Of a stretch of DNA of 64,000 bases, positions 55,314-64,000 are shown in pieces. A program made the translations under genes and the position numbers. How positions within the stretch are numbered: the stretch's first letter is position 1; the number at the start of each line of letters is the position of its first letter. This DNA comes from Dehalococcoidia bacterium UBA2158 (GTDB lineage: Bacteria > Chloroflexota > Dehalococcoidia > Lucifugimonadales > UBA3495). The stretch spans positions 14,047 through 78,046 of the forward strand of contig DCWQ01000006.1 in NCBI GenBank assembly GCA_002328185.1, in the 5' to 3' direction. Under the pieces are notes generated by a model. It made no database searches. It was not told where the DNA came from and saw only the letters and a list, made by a program, of their open reading frames with translations.

Positions 55314-55844
55314 CTACTCCCAGGCTGTTATGCCGAGCGGCGAACCGCCATATGAGCCAGGCCGGTGAGAGCTTGCGAAGCTGACCGGATGGGTTTTTGG
55401 AGCGGTCGCAATCGAAGCCAAGTATTCCGAATATGTCCCCGACATGGTCTGGATGGAGACGCGGATCCCGGGCTGCAGGTCTACGTGCTGCCCTTGATTC
55501 GGAATCGCCTCCAAGATGATGTGAGGAGGCGCGGCAACGATCACCTGCGCCGGGCTGTCGGCCGTACCGCCATTGCTCCAATTGGCGCTGACGGTAGGCA
55601 TTTCGACATTCTTGCTCTCGTTCCAACCTCAGTCGGAATGGAGCGCCATTGTTGCGAACAACACGGCGCCGAGAACAACCACAGATATTGTGAATAACTT
55701 GTTTCGTCCCAAAAGGCCCCTCTCTCGAACCAGTATTTGGCGGCTGGGGCCAGTATTTACCAAATCGGCCATCAGGTAGTGCGAGAGGAATGTGCATTCA
55801 GGCAAAAGACATAATCGGGATCCGAAGATTATATTCCTAGGCAC
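55314..55844 (-). other. possible membrane-anchored hypothetical gene interrupted by one in-frame TGA (55629-55631)
   Basis: Track ORFs 55629..55844 and 55314..55601 are in the same frame and are separated by a single TGA. The upstream part contains a TM helix (LFTISVVVLGAVLFATMAL). Coding status is uncertain because a 164-aa ORF in another frame overlaps it. Confidence 0.3.
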
Positions 55845-55966
55845 GTGAGAGATGATAAACCAGCTTGATTATGATTCTTTCAGCCGTGGATCATCCCAAA
55901 AAATTCTTGCGAAATCGGGTATGATTCTCCGAATCAACCGGTTCAAAAGTTGAGGGTGGCTTCAAG

Positions 55967-57184
55967 ATGATCGAAGGCCATAAAGAGATCGATGCTCCGG
56001 CGGGTGTTCCGGTATGGGATGTCGACCCATATGATTCGGCAATCCTCGCCGGCCCCACGGATTACTATGCGGAATTGCGCTCCAAGGGCCCATTCGCCTA
56101 TATACCCAGATACTCGGTCCTGGCTTGTGGGCGGTACGACGAGACGAAAGAAGTCTTCTCAGATTGGGAACGGTTCGTATCCTCACGCGGGGTCGGACTC
56201 CAAGACTTCAGCCTGGAGGAACCCTGGCGGCCCCCCAGCATCGTCCTGGAGAAGGACCCGCCCGATCACACCAGGGCGCGGGCCGTCATCGAGCGCGCCC
56301 TGTCGACGAGGGCGGTAAGGCAGCTCGGTGAGTCTTTCCGACAAGACGCCGAGAGCCTGATTGACGGACTCCTGGAGAAGGGCGTGTTCGAGGCCGTGGA
56401 AGATCTGGCAGAGACCTACCCCACGACCGTGTTTCCCAACGCCGTAGGCTTGCAGGAAGGAGACCGTCGGCGGCTGGTGGATTACGGTTCGATGGTCTTC
56501 AACGCCCTGGGCCCCGACAACGAGATCCGCCGCGATGCCATGGCCAGAGGGCCCGACGTCGTTCCCTGGATCATGGAGCAGTGCCAGCGGGAACGGTTGA
56601 AACCGGAGGGCTTTGGCGCAATGATCTATGCCGCGGCCGAGACTGGCGAGATCACCGAGGAAGAGGCTGGGTTGCTGGTGCGCTCCCTGCTGTCGGCCGG
56701 TGTCGACACCACTGTCACGGTCTTGGGTAGCGCTATCTGGTGCCTGGCCAATAACCCAGACCAATTTGAACGTCTCAAGGCGGACCCCAAGATGGCGCTT
56801 TGGGCCTTCGAGGAAATTCTGCGCTATACGTCGCCCGTCCACTCATTCTGCCGCACGGCCAACTTGGACACCGAAGTCAGCGGGATCAAGATAGCCGAGG
56901 GTACCAAGATTCTTTGCGTCTTGGGCTCTGCGAATCTTGATGAGGACCATTACCCCAAGGCGGACAGGTTCGACATAGATCGCAGGCCGTCGGACCACCT
57001 GGCCCTGGGCGTGGGCATACACGGCTGCGTGGGCCAAAACGTGGCCCGGGCCGAGGCCGACGCAGTGTTAACCGCCATCGCCAACAAAGTAGGGTCCATC
57101 GAACTTGCCGGGGAGCCTGTTTGGCGTCCCAACAACTCGGTGCACACCCTCGACCGGCTCCCCGTTATCTTCCGGGGCAAGTAA
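55967..57184 (+). CDS. cytochrome P450
   Basis: 405 aa. The I-helix is AGVDTT, the EILRY (ExxR) motif is present, and the haem-binding loop is LALGVGIHGCVG. Confidence 0.9.
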   Translation: MIEGHKEIDAPAGVPVWDVDPYDSAILAGPTDYYAELRSKGPFAYIPRYSVLACGRYDETKEVFSDWERFVSSRGVGLQDFSLEEPWRPPSIVLEKDPPDHTRARAVIERALSTRAVRQLGESFRQDAESLIDGLLEKGVFEAVEDLAETYPTTVFPNAVGLQEGDRRRLVDYGSMVFNALGPDNEIRRDAMARGPDVVPWIMEQCQRERLKPEGFGAMIYAAAETGEITEEEAGLLVRSLLSAGVDTTVTVLGSAIWCLANNPDQFERLKADPKMALWAFEEILRYTSPVHSFCRTANLDTEVSGIKIAEGTKILCVLGSANLDEDHYPKADRFDIDRRPSDHLALGVGIHGCVGQNVARAEADAVLTAIANKVGSIELAGEPVWRPNNSVHTLDRLPVIFRGK

Positions 57185-57213
57185 CGAACCTTAACCAACT
57201 ATAGGATGACGAT

Positions 57214-58305
57214 ATGACCATCGATGACCAGACGCGCCGTCGGAACACCAAGACTGGAGTGACCGCTCTGGACCGGGAGTGGGCCTGCCCAGGTTACACG
57301 CTGTACGCTCCCATGAACGGGCCCGGGGACGTCTATCTGCTCAACCTCGGCGGCGAAGAGGTGCACCACTGGGCGATGCCGGACCCGCCGGGCCTCTACG
57401 GGTACCTGCTGCCCAACGGCAACCTGTTCTACGGCGGGAAGCTGCGGGACGATATGTGGGACCGGTTCCAGTCGTGGAAGCGGTTCAAGGGCGGGGTCAT
57501 GATGGAGGTGGACTGGGATGGCAACGTGGTCTGGGAGCATCGAGACATTGACCATCACCATGACGCCAGGCGGACGTCAACGGGCGGGGCGATCTATCTG
57601 ACCGTTGAGCTGGTGCCCCAAGCACTGGCGGCGAAAGTCAAAGGCGGTAATCCCCTAACGGGCGAGAACGGAATGTGGGCCGATGTCATCGTGGAAGTCG
57701 ACGCCTCCGGGAATCGAATCTGGGAGTGGCATGCCGCAGAACATCTGGACCCGGAGCGTGACATCATCACCTTCAACGACTCCCGGGACGAGTGGAGCCA
57801 CGGCAACACGGTGGTCCCGATCTCGGACGACCAGGTCATGTTCAGCTTCCGCAACATCTCCACCGTGGGAATCATCGACAAGGCTTCCGGCGAGATTGTG
57901 TGGAGACTGGGCGGAGAGGTTCTGGCGCAACAGCACGACCCCAGCCTGCTAGCCAACGGGAACGTCCTGGTTTACGACAACGGCTCCCACAGCGGCCAAC
58001 ATCCGCTTCCCTTCTCCAGCGTAGTTGAGGTGGACCCCAAGTCCAACCAAGTCGTTTGGAAATATTCCGATAATCCGCCCTACAACTTCTTCAGCCCCTA
58101 CATATCAGGAGCCCGCAGGCTGCCAAACGGCAATACCCTGGTCACCGAGGGCATGTTCGGCAGGATGTTCCAAGTCACGCCCGAGGGCGACGTCGTCTGG
58201 GAGTACATCAACCCACACTTCCACGAAGACGCCGAGAACGCAGTCGTGAACCGGGTCTTCCGGGCCACGCATTACCTGCCCGAGGAGATCAGCCGGCTCC
58301 ATTAA
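57214..58305 (+). CDS. arylsulfotransferase (ASST)-like beta-propeller protein
   Basis: 363 aa. Repeated NGN.L...G....EVD..GN.VWE units and HHHD resemble the ASST family. The assignment is made by eye only. Confidence 0.5.
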   Translation: MTIDDQTRRRNTKTGVTALDREWACPGYTLYAPMNGPGDVYLLNLGGEEVHHWAMPDPPGLYGYLLPNGNLFYGGKLRDDMWDRFQSWKRFKGGVMMEVDWDGNVVWEHRDIDHHHDARRTSTGGAIYLTVELVPQALAAKVKGGNPLTGENGMWADVIVEVDASGNRIWEWHAAEHLDPERDIITFNDSRDEWSHGNTVVPISDDQVMFSFRNISTVGIIDKASGEIVWRLGGEVLAQQHDPSLLANGNVLVYDNGSHSGQHPLPFSSVVEVDPKSNQVVWKYSDNPPYNFFSPYISGARRLPNGNTLVTEGMFGRMFQVTPEGDVVWEYINPHFHEDAENAVVNRVFRATHYLPEEISRLH

Positions 58306-58311
58306 CTGGAC

Positions 58312-59460
58312 CTATTTTCCAAACAGCGTCGCGATGCGTTCTCCGACCACCTTGTCCTCACCCTCGTTGAGCCCAAAGGCATGGAGGACGATGCCGGTGT
58401 CGCCTTCCCTGACCCGAGTCCAGATGGGCGGGTCGCCTGCTTTCAGGCGGTCAACCACATCTTGGGCGGACATGCCGGTTAATGCGGCGTCCACCTCCAT
58501 GGTCACGCCGTAGGGCTGGTGGCCGATGATGTTGTCGCTGATCTCGACTGTGACGCCCTCGATTCCTTGAAGCGGCGTCATCATGTTCCGGCATTTGATC
58601 TCGGTGTCAGCCAGGCGTTCCTCGTGGTTCATGCTCATCCAGCGTCGGACCGCCGCCACCACGCCCACCATCTCTTGCCGGTCCACCTTTTGGGGACGCC
58701 CGACGCCCCGGATGCGCCGGCCTTCATAGCTGACGAACGACTGCAGGGCCAGCTTGCGAATCATGTCAGCGCTGCCGAAAGCCAGGCCGGTGGACTGGGG
58801 AGAACTCATGTACTTGGCGGCGGTGCACTGGAAGTCGGCCCCCATGCGCACGTAGCTGCCGAACAGGTCCAGCGGGTAGATCTGCCCGGCCGCGTCGACC
58901 AGCACCGGCACACCCTTTGCGTGAGCGATCTCGATCGTGTCTTCCAGGGACAGGGCTTTGGGGTCGAGTTCCTGGGCCACCGCGTAGTAATGGACCGCGG
59001 CGGTGTTGGGGCCGATGGCCCTTTCGAGGTCCTCGCGCGACGTGCCCTCGGACGTTCCGAAATCGACCAGCTTGGCCCCTGCCAGTTCCAGGCAACGGTC
59101 GTACCAGTAGTGCTGGCGGGCCTGGATCAGAACCTCATTCTTCATGCCGGTGGTGTCGGGCAGTTGTTGGATCTTGGCGTCGTCGTCACCGGCCATGCAG
59201 GCTGCCGTGGCCAGGGTCAGCGCCGAGCCTGCCCCCGAGGTGATGTAGGCGGCGGGAACGTCCACCATCTTGGCGATGGCTTCGCCGGCGCGCTCCTCAA
59301 GTTCCATCAGCGGGACGTAGGCGCCGTCGGCCCGTTCCATGGCCTCCCTGACCTCTGGGGCCGGGGTCGAACCGCCCAGCATGGTCACGCTGCCGGTGGC
59401 GTTGATCACCGGCCTGGCGCCCAACTCTTTGTAGATGCTTCCCCAGTCTGTGGTGGTCAT
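58312..59460 (-). CDS. SelA-like / DgaE-like PLP-dependent enzyme (fold-type I)
   Basis: 382 aa. ARPVINATGSVTMLGGS near the N-terminus and the later FQCTAAKYM Lys region resemble L-seryl-tRNA(Sec) selenium-transferase-related proteins. Confidence 0.6.
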   Translation of the reverse strand: MTTTDWGSIYKELGARPVINATGSVTMLGGSTPAPEVREAMERADGAYVPLMELEERAGEAIAKMVDVPAAYITSGAGSALTLATAACMAGDDDAKIQQLPDTTGMKNEVLIQARQHYWYDRCLELAGAKLVDFGTSEGTSREDLERAIGPNTAAVHYYAVAQELDPKALSLEDTIEIAHAKGVPVLVDAAGQIYPLDLFGSYVRMGADFQCTAAKYMSSPQSTGLAFGSADMIRKLALQSFVSYEGRRIRGVGRPQKVDRQEMVGVVAAVRRWMSMNHEERLADTEIKCRNMMTPLQGIEGVTVEISDNIIGHQPYGVTMEVDAALTGMSAQDVVDRLKAGDPPIWTRVREGDTGIVLHAFGLNEGEDKVVGERIATLFGK

Positions 59461-59483
59461 GGTTTTCTCCCTAAAGTGGTCGG

Positions 59484-59864
59484 TTAATCCGGAAGAATAG
59501 CGGTGGCGTCGATCTCGATCTTTAGATCCGGAGTGCCCAATGCAGCCACCTGGACCTGAGTGCTGGCGGGGAACCCCCCAGCAAATCGTTTCATGCGGAC
59601 CTCTCCGGCAGCGGACGCCTCTCGTAGGTCGGTCACAAAACTGGTCACTTTCACCACGTTGCTCAGTGAACCACCGTTGGCCGCCAGGATCACCTCGAAT
59701 TTATCGAGGATAGCTTCGGTTTGAGCGGCTATGTCACCGGTTGCGGCAGATGTTCCACCTGCGGTGCTACCGGCGATAAATAGCATGTTGCCTGAGCGCA
59801 CCGAATGATGAAACGCTCCTGAGGGTTGTGGTAGATCGGGGTAGTTCTTTCTTTCGAATTCCAT
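59484..59864 (-). CDS. RidA/YjgF-family reactive intermediate deaminase
   Basis: FHHSVRSGNMLFIAG...VKVTSFV...FPASTQVQVAAL...IEIDA is the family pattern. The start is the ATG at 59864 after AGGAGCAGG. Confidence 0.8.
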   Translation of the reverse strand: MEFERKNYPDLPQPSGAFHHSVRSGNMLFIAGSTAGGTSAATGDIAAQTEAILDKFEVILAANGGSLSNVVKVTSFVTDLREASAAGEVRMKRFAGGFPASTQVQVAALGTPDLKIEIDATAILPD

Positions 59865-60047
59865 TGTCCTGCTCCTATCTCTCTGGGGCGATTTAATCTG
59901 TGCCGACATCCAAGAGCTTGCCGAGACCGGATGATTATAAACTCAACCTCAACCCAGATGGACCCCGTTGAGCATTCGCGGCCTTTGGACGCATAATATA
60001 TCATCACGGCCAAGCTACCGATTCTTCCGAGGCGATGGACAAACCCG

Positions 60048-61655
60048 ATGGACGCGATCGAGTCGAATATCCGGACCACTGACACAGACTTCCAAGAAAA
60101 CCTCAAGCACATGAAATTGCTGATCGCTGAACTATCAGGCAGTCTCAAGTCGGTTCGGGAGCGAGGGGACACCGCCGCCGCCGAGCTCCACCGCAGCAGG
60201 GGGAAGATGCTGGTGCGCGACCGGGTGCAGGCGTTGCTGGACTCCGGGACTCCTTTTTTGGAACTCAGCCCGTTGGCCGCTTGGGAGATGTACGGGGGTG
60301 AGGACCCAAGTGGCGGCATCGTCACTGGCGTCGGCAGCATCCACGGCAAGCAGGTGGTTGTGGTGGCCAACGACGCCACAGTCAAAGGCGGGACCTACTA
60401 TCCCATCACTGTGAAGAAACACCTTAGGGCCCAAGAGATCGCACTGGAGAACCGGCTGCCGTGCATCTATCTGGTGGACTCGGGCGGCGCGTTCCTGCCC
60501 CTGCAGGCCGAAGTCTTCCCCGACCGCGACCACTTTGGCCGTATCTTCTATAACCAGTCGCAGATGTCGGCAGAGAGCATCCCTCAACTGGCGGTGGTCA
60601 TGGGGTCCTGCACCGCCGGCGGCGCCTACATCCCGGCCATGAGCGACGAAGTGGTCATCGTGCGCGAACAGGGGACCATCTTCCTGGCCGGCCCGCCGTT
60701 GGTCAGGGCGGCCACCGGAGAGGAGGTCGACGCCGAGAGTCTTGGCGGCGCGGAGGTCCACACCAGAGAGTCCGGAGTGGCCGACCACTACGCCATGGAC
60801 GACGCACACGCTTTGGAGATCGCCCGGAACATCGCCGAAAATTTTGTATATCCAGGCAATCCCGGCCTTGAGATATTCGAGCCTGACCCGCCCCTCTACG
60901 ACCCTAAGGAGATCTACGGAGTCATACCCTCGGACACGCGGCGCCAGTATGACGTTCGGGAGGTTATCGCCCGGGTGGTGGATGGGAGTCGGTTCCAGGA
61001 ATTCAAAGAGAATTATGGCGAGACGCTGGTCTGTGGTTTTGCCCGTATCTGGGGCTACCGGGTGGGCATCGTGGCCAATAACGGAGTCCTATTTTCGGAG
61101 AGCGCACTAAAGGGGACGCACTTCATCGAGCTATGCGCCCATCGCCGCATCCCCCTGCTCTTCCTGCAGAACATCACCGGGTTCATGGTGGGGCGGGAAT
61201 ACGAGGCCGGGGGCATCGCCAAAGACGGTGCCAAGATGGTGATGGCCGTGGCCAACGCCGCCGTGCCCAAGTTCACCGTCATCATCGGTAGTTCCTTTGG
61301 GGCTGGCAACTACGGCATGTGCGGCCGGGCCTATCAGCCCAGGTTTTTGTGGTCCTGGCCAAACTCCCAGATCTCGGTCATGGGCGGCCCCCAGGCGGCT
61401 GGGGTGTTGCTGTCGGTGCGCTCTGACCAGGCCGCGCGCCAGGGAAACACTCTGTCGGAACAGGAAATTGAGGACCTGCAGCGGCCCATCATCGACAAAT
61501 ACGAGGAAGAAGGCAGCCCGTATTACAGCACCGCCCGGCTTTGGGACGACGGCATCATCGACCCCAAGGACACGCGCGACGTGGTCGGGCTGGCCATCGC
61601 CGCGTCGATGCACATCCCCATCCCTGAGTCTAAATTCGGCGTTTTTCGCATGTGA
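60048..61655 (+). CDS. acyl-CoA carboxylase carboxyltransferase (beta) subunit, methylcrotonyl-CoA-carboxylase-like
   Basis: 535 aa with two crotonase-like halves. [22 protein letters not shown] and [11 protein letters not shown] motifs are present. Confidence 0.88.
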   Translation: MDAIESNIRTTDTDFQENLKHMKLLIAELSGSLKSVRERGDTAAAELHRSRGKMLVRDRVQALLDSGTPFLELSPLAAWEMYGGEDPSGGIVTGVGSIHGKQVVVVANDATVKGGTYYPITVKKHLRAQEIALENRLPCIYLVDSGGAFLPLQAEVFPDRDHFGRIFYNQSQMSAESIPQLAVVMGSCTAGGAYIPAMSDEVVIVREQGTIFLAGPPLVRAATGEEVDAESLGGAEVHTRESGVADHYAMDDAHALEIARNIAENFVYPGNPGLEIFEPDPPLYDPKEIYGVIPSDTRRQYDVREVIARVVDGSRFQEFKENYGETLVCGFARIWGYRVGIVANNGVLFSESALKGTHFIELCAHRRIPLLFLQNITGFMVGREYEAGGIAKDGAKMVMAVANAAVPKFTVIIGSSFGAGNYGMCGRAYQPRFLWSWPNSQISVMGGPQAAGVLLSVRSDQAARQGNTLSEQEIEDLQRPIIDKYEEEGSPYYSTARLWDDGIIDPKDTRDVVGLAIAASMHIPIPESKFGVFRM

Positions 61656-63160
61656 GCATGTTTTCCAAAGTCTTAGTTGCCAACAGAGGAGAGATCGCCG
61701 TCCGGGTGCTGCAAACGCTGCAGGCCATGGGCATCGCCACGGCCGCGGTCTACGCCGACCCCGACGCACCCGCCCCCCACGTGGGGTTGGCGGACGAGGC
61801 ATTCGCATTGGGCGGCTCAACCGCTGAGGAAACCTACTTGGACCGGAGCAAGATCATCCAACTGGCAGTGGCGTGCGGCGCCGAGGCGGTTCACCCCGGC
61901 TACGGGTTCCTGGCGGAGAACCCGGCGTTCAGCAGAGAATGCGCCGAGGCCGGACTGGCTTTTATCGGCCCCAGCCCAGAAACCATCGAGCTTCTGGGCG
62001 ACAAGATTCGCTCCAAGGAGGCTGCGATTCAGGCTGGAGTGCCCGTGGTGCCGAGTTCGCCCATGTGGCAGCCCGGGGAATCTCAGCCCGATGACATCTC
62101 TTCGGGGATTGGGTTCCCTTTGCTGGTCAAAGCGGCGGCCGGCGGCGGCGGCCGGGGCATGCGCATAGTCGAGAGGGTCCAAGACTTGGAGACTGCATTG
62201 GAATCAGCCAGCCGGGAGGCAGCCTCGGCGTTCGGCGACGGACGCGTGTTCTTGGAGCGGTACATCCCGGCGGCCAGGCACGTCGAGTTTCAGGTGCTGG
62301 CCGACTCCGCCGGTAACACCATCCACCTGCTGGAGCGGGAATGTAGCGTCCAACGCCGCTACCAGAAAGTTATCGAGGAGACGCCGTCGCCGGCCCTCAA
62401 TGACGACCTGGGAAACAGGATGGCCGAGTCGGCAGTGGCCATGGCCAAGTCCGCCGGGTACACCAACGCCGGCACGGTGGAGTTCCTGGTGGACGCCCAG
62501 ACTGAGGAGTACTATTTCCTGGAGATGAACGCCCGCATCCAAGTTGAGCACCCGGTTACAGAGGAGACCTTGAAGCTAGATATAGTCGAGCTGCAGACTC
62601 GCATATCCGCCGGGGAGGACCTTTCGCTTGCTCAAGACGATATCCGGTCCTTGGGGCACGCGTTGGAATGCCGCATCTACGCCGAAGACCCATACAGCAA
62701 CTTCGCCCCTGACACGGGGCGGCTGCTGGCCTGGCGTCCGCCTTCGGGCATGGGCATTCGTCTGGACTCGGGAGTCGCCGAGGGCCAGGAGATCACGGCG
62801 TACTACGACTCGATGCTGGCCAAGCTGGTGGTCTGGGGCCCGGACCGCCAGTCATCCATCGGACGCATGCTAGCGGCATTGGAGTCGTTCCCGGTGCTGG
62901 GCGTAACCACCAACATACCGTTCCTGCTTCGCGCCTTGGCCCATCCGGACTTCCGCTCGGGGGACTACGATACCGGGTTCATCGCTAAACACCCGGAGCT
63001 AACCGACGCGCCGGAGCCGGGTGATATCAACGGGGCCGCCGCGGAGATCGCGGAGCTATTCTGGCAGACCAACGAAAACAACACGTCTAGCCAGGCCTCC
63101 GCAACCCCGCGCGAGACCCAAGGCCCCTGGCGCGGCCTCTCCAAGAGCACTTTCCCATGA
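61652..63160 (+). CDS. biotin carboxylase subunit (BC plus part of the BT region) of acyl-CoA carboxylase
   Basis: [13 protein letters not shown], an ATP-grasp glycine loop ([12 protein letters not shown]) and [14 protein letters not shown]. The start is GTG 61652 (overlapping the upstream stop) or ATG 61658. It ends before any biotinyl domain. Confidence 0.88.
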   Translation: MSMFSKVLVANRGEIAVRVLQTLQAMGIATAAVYADPDAPAPHVGLADEAFALGGSTAEETYLDRSKIIQLAVACGAEAVHPGYGFLAENPAFSRECAEAGLAFIGPSPETIELLGDKIRSKEAAIQAGVPVVPSSPMWQPGESQPDDISSGIGFPLLVKAAAGGGGRGMRIVERVQDLETALESASREAASAFGDGRVFLERYIPAARHVEFQVLADSAGNTIHLLERECSVQRRYQKVIEETPSPALNDDLGNRMAESAVAMAKSAGYTNAGTVEFLVDAQTEEYYFLEMNARIQVEHPVTEETLKLDIVELQTRISAGEDLSLAQDDIRSLGHALECRIYAEDPYSNFAPDTGRLLAWRPPSGMGIRLDSGVAEGQEITAYYDSMLAKLVVWGPDRQSSIGRMLAALESFPVLGVTTNIPFLLRALAHPDFRSGDYDTGFIAKHPELTDAPEPGDINGAAAEIAELFWQTNENNTSSQASATPRETQGPWRGLSKSTFP

Positions 63161-63675
63161 CCACCCGCCGTTTGAAGCAAACACACCCGCCTGAGCCTGA
63201 AGCCGGTTCAGCGCCGCCTGCGTCACCTGCCCCCGACGCCAATGGTGAGGCCGGCATCGACGTGACCGCGTCCTCGCCAGGCCGCTGGGAGGGTCGCGTC
63301 CGCCTGGAAGACGGCCACACCGTCCCCTTCGTCGCCCGCCGCGACGGCCAGCAGGTCCACGTCTGGATCGCCGGTCAGTCCTACATCTTCAGCCCGCCAC
63401 CCCCAACCACCCGCGCCCGCCGCACCGGCCAACAAGCCAGCGACGACATAGTTTGCCCAGTCCCCGGAGTAGTAATAGCCGTCCACGTATCCGCAGGCGA
63501 CGAGGTAGAAGCCGGCCAAGGCCTGGTGATAATTGAGTCCATGAAAACCGAGCAGATAGTAAAATCGCCGCGTGACGGCGTGGTTGAGCGGTTGTCGGTG
63601 GTAGAAGGAGATCGGGTTGATCGGGGTATGCGGTTGGTAGTGTTGGTGCCGGTTGGTGGTGGGGAGTCTTCCTGA
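63157..63675 (+). CDS. biotin carboxyl carrier (biotinyl-domain) protein, separate ORF
   Basis: It starts in an ATGA overlap with the BC stop. The C-terminal 70 aa are VCPVPGVVIAVHVSAGDEVEAGQGLVIIESMKTEQIVKSPRDGVVERLSVVEGDRV, a biotinyl/lipoyl fold with Lys in an SMKT context. Confidence 0.8.
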   Translation: MTTRRLKQTHPPEPEAGSAPPASPAPDANGEAGIDVTASSPGRWEGRVRLEDGHTVPFVARRDGQQVHVWIAGQSYIFSPPPPTTRARRTGQQASDDIVCPVPGVVIAVHVSAGDEVEAGQGLVIIESMKTEQIVKSPRDGVVERLSVVEGDRVDRGMRLVVLVPVGGGESS

Positions 63676-64000
63676 GACCAGACGGAATAAGCGACGCTGA
63701 TTTGCTTGGAAATTCGGCTAAGGATACTGGGACCCGCATCTGGCGGAGTATCTCTAGCTGGTTGGCTGGCACTGGGGTAGACTCATCGTCGGGCCGGGTG
63801 ACGTAGACCGTCACGTCGGCGCGTTGGTTGTGTAGCCAGCGGGCGCAGACGAGTGACCTGCGACCGTTGCCTCCGCTGATGGATAGGACCACGATTTTTC
63901 GACCGGTTAGGTCGTCGTCCAGGAATTTGCGACCCGCGAGATCGGCCAGGTTTCGCCCGGCGTTCTCCATCATCTGGACCAGATTTATTTTGAAGTCGTC
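63676..64000 (-). pseudogene. YjeF_N (NAD(P)H-hydrate epimerase)-like gene; 5' end outside the window, 3' part apparently missing
   Basis: ...DDFKINLVQMMENAGRNLADLAG...KIVVLSISGGNGRRSLVCARWLHNQRADVTVYV matches the YjeF_N start. The frame then runs 287 nt into the clearly real convergent BCCP gene (track ORF to 63389) with junk-like sequence. The usual GNNGGDG motif reads GGNGRRS. Confidence 0.45.

Noticed and set aside
55629-55631. In-frame TGA as selenocysteine
   Set aside because: There is no SECIS-like stem-loop immediately downstream, no redox-motif context (HSD-TGA-GWN) and no Sec machinery in the window.

Overview
64 kb chromosomal segment from a moderately high-GC bacterium. The gene content (many SDR, luciferase-like, VOC, DinB and DUF1501/DUF1800 genes) suggests a Chloroflexota-like or similar lineage, but that is inference only. 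About 60 protein genes are dense on both strands, mostly housekeeping and metabolism. These include a replication operon (rplI-dnaB-DnaD-like-DnaC/I-like), rpsO-pnp, dapB-asd-dapA, purA, purQ, aroK/aroB, tgt, typA, nhaA and fpg. There is also a methylcrotonyl/acyl-CoA carboxylase set, three SDRs, MFS and EamA transporters, a P450, an XDH-family molybdoenzyme and two tRNAs (Pro-UGG, Arg-CCG). I found no CRISPR array, transposase, integrase or intact defence system. The most interesting signals are as follows. (1) Two tandem paralogous units at 47.3-47.7 kb, each with a near-consensus promoter, a hairpin with a T-run, a conserved single-stranded motif and a second terminator; I interpret them as duplicated small-RNA genes. 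(2) A ThrC-like / NIL-domain / MoaD-like (C-terminus GGF) operon suggesting sulfur-carrier-protein-dependent homocysteine or cysteine synthesis. (3) An unusually high load of gene remnants: a DNA-methyltransferase ghost, an M29-like peptidase, a CAP-domain gene splitting aroK-aroB, a truncated STAND ATPase and a truncated YjeF_N. (4) An orphan Cas4-like PD-(D/E)XK nuclease. (5) Two short dispersed repeat families. (6) A PNPase with an RGG-rich tail and a split biotin carboxylase/BCCP. All functional calls come from motif recognition by eye; no database searches were run.
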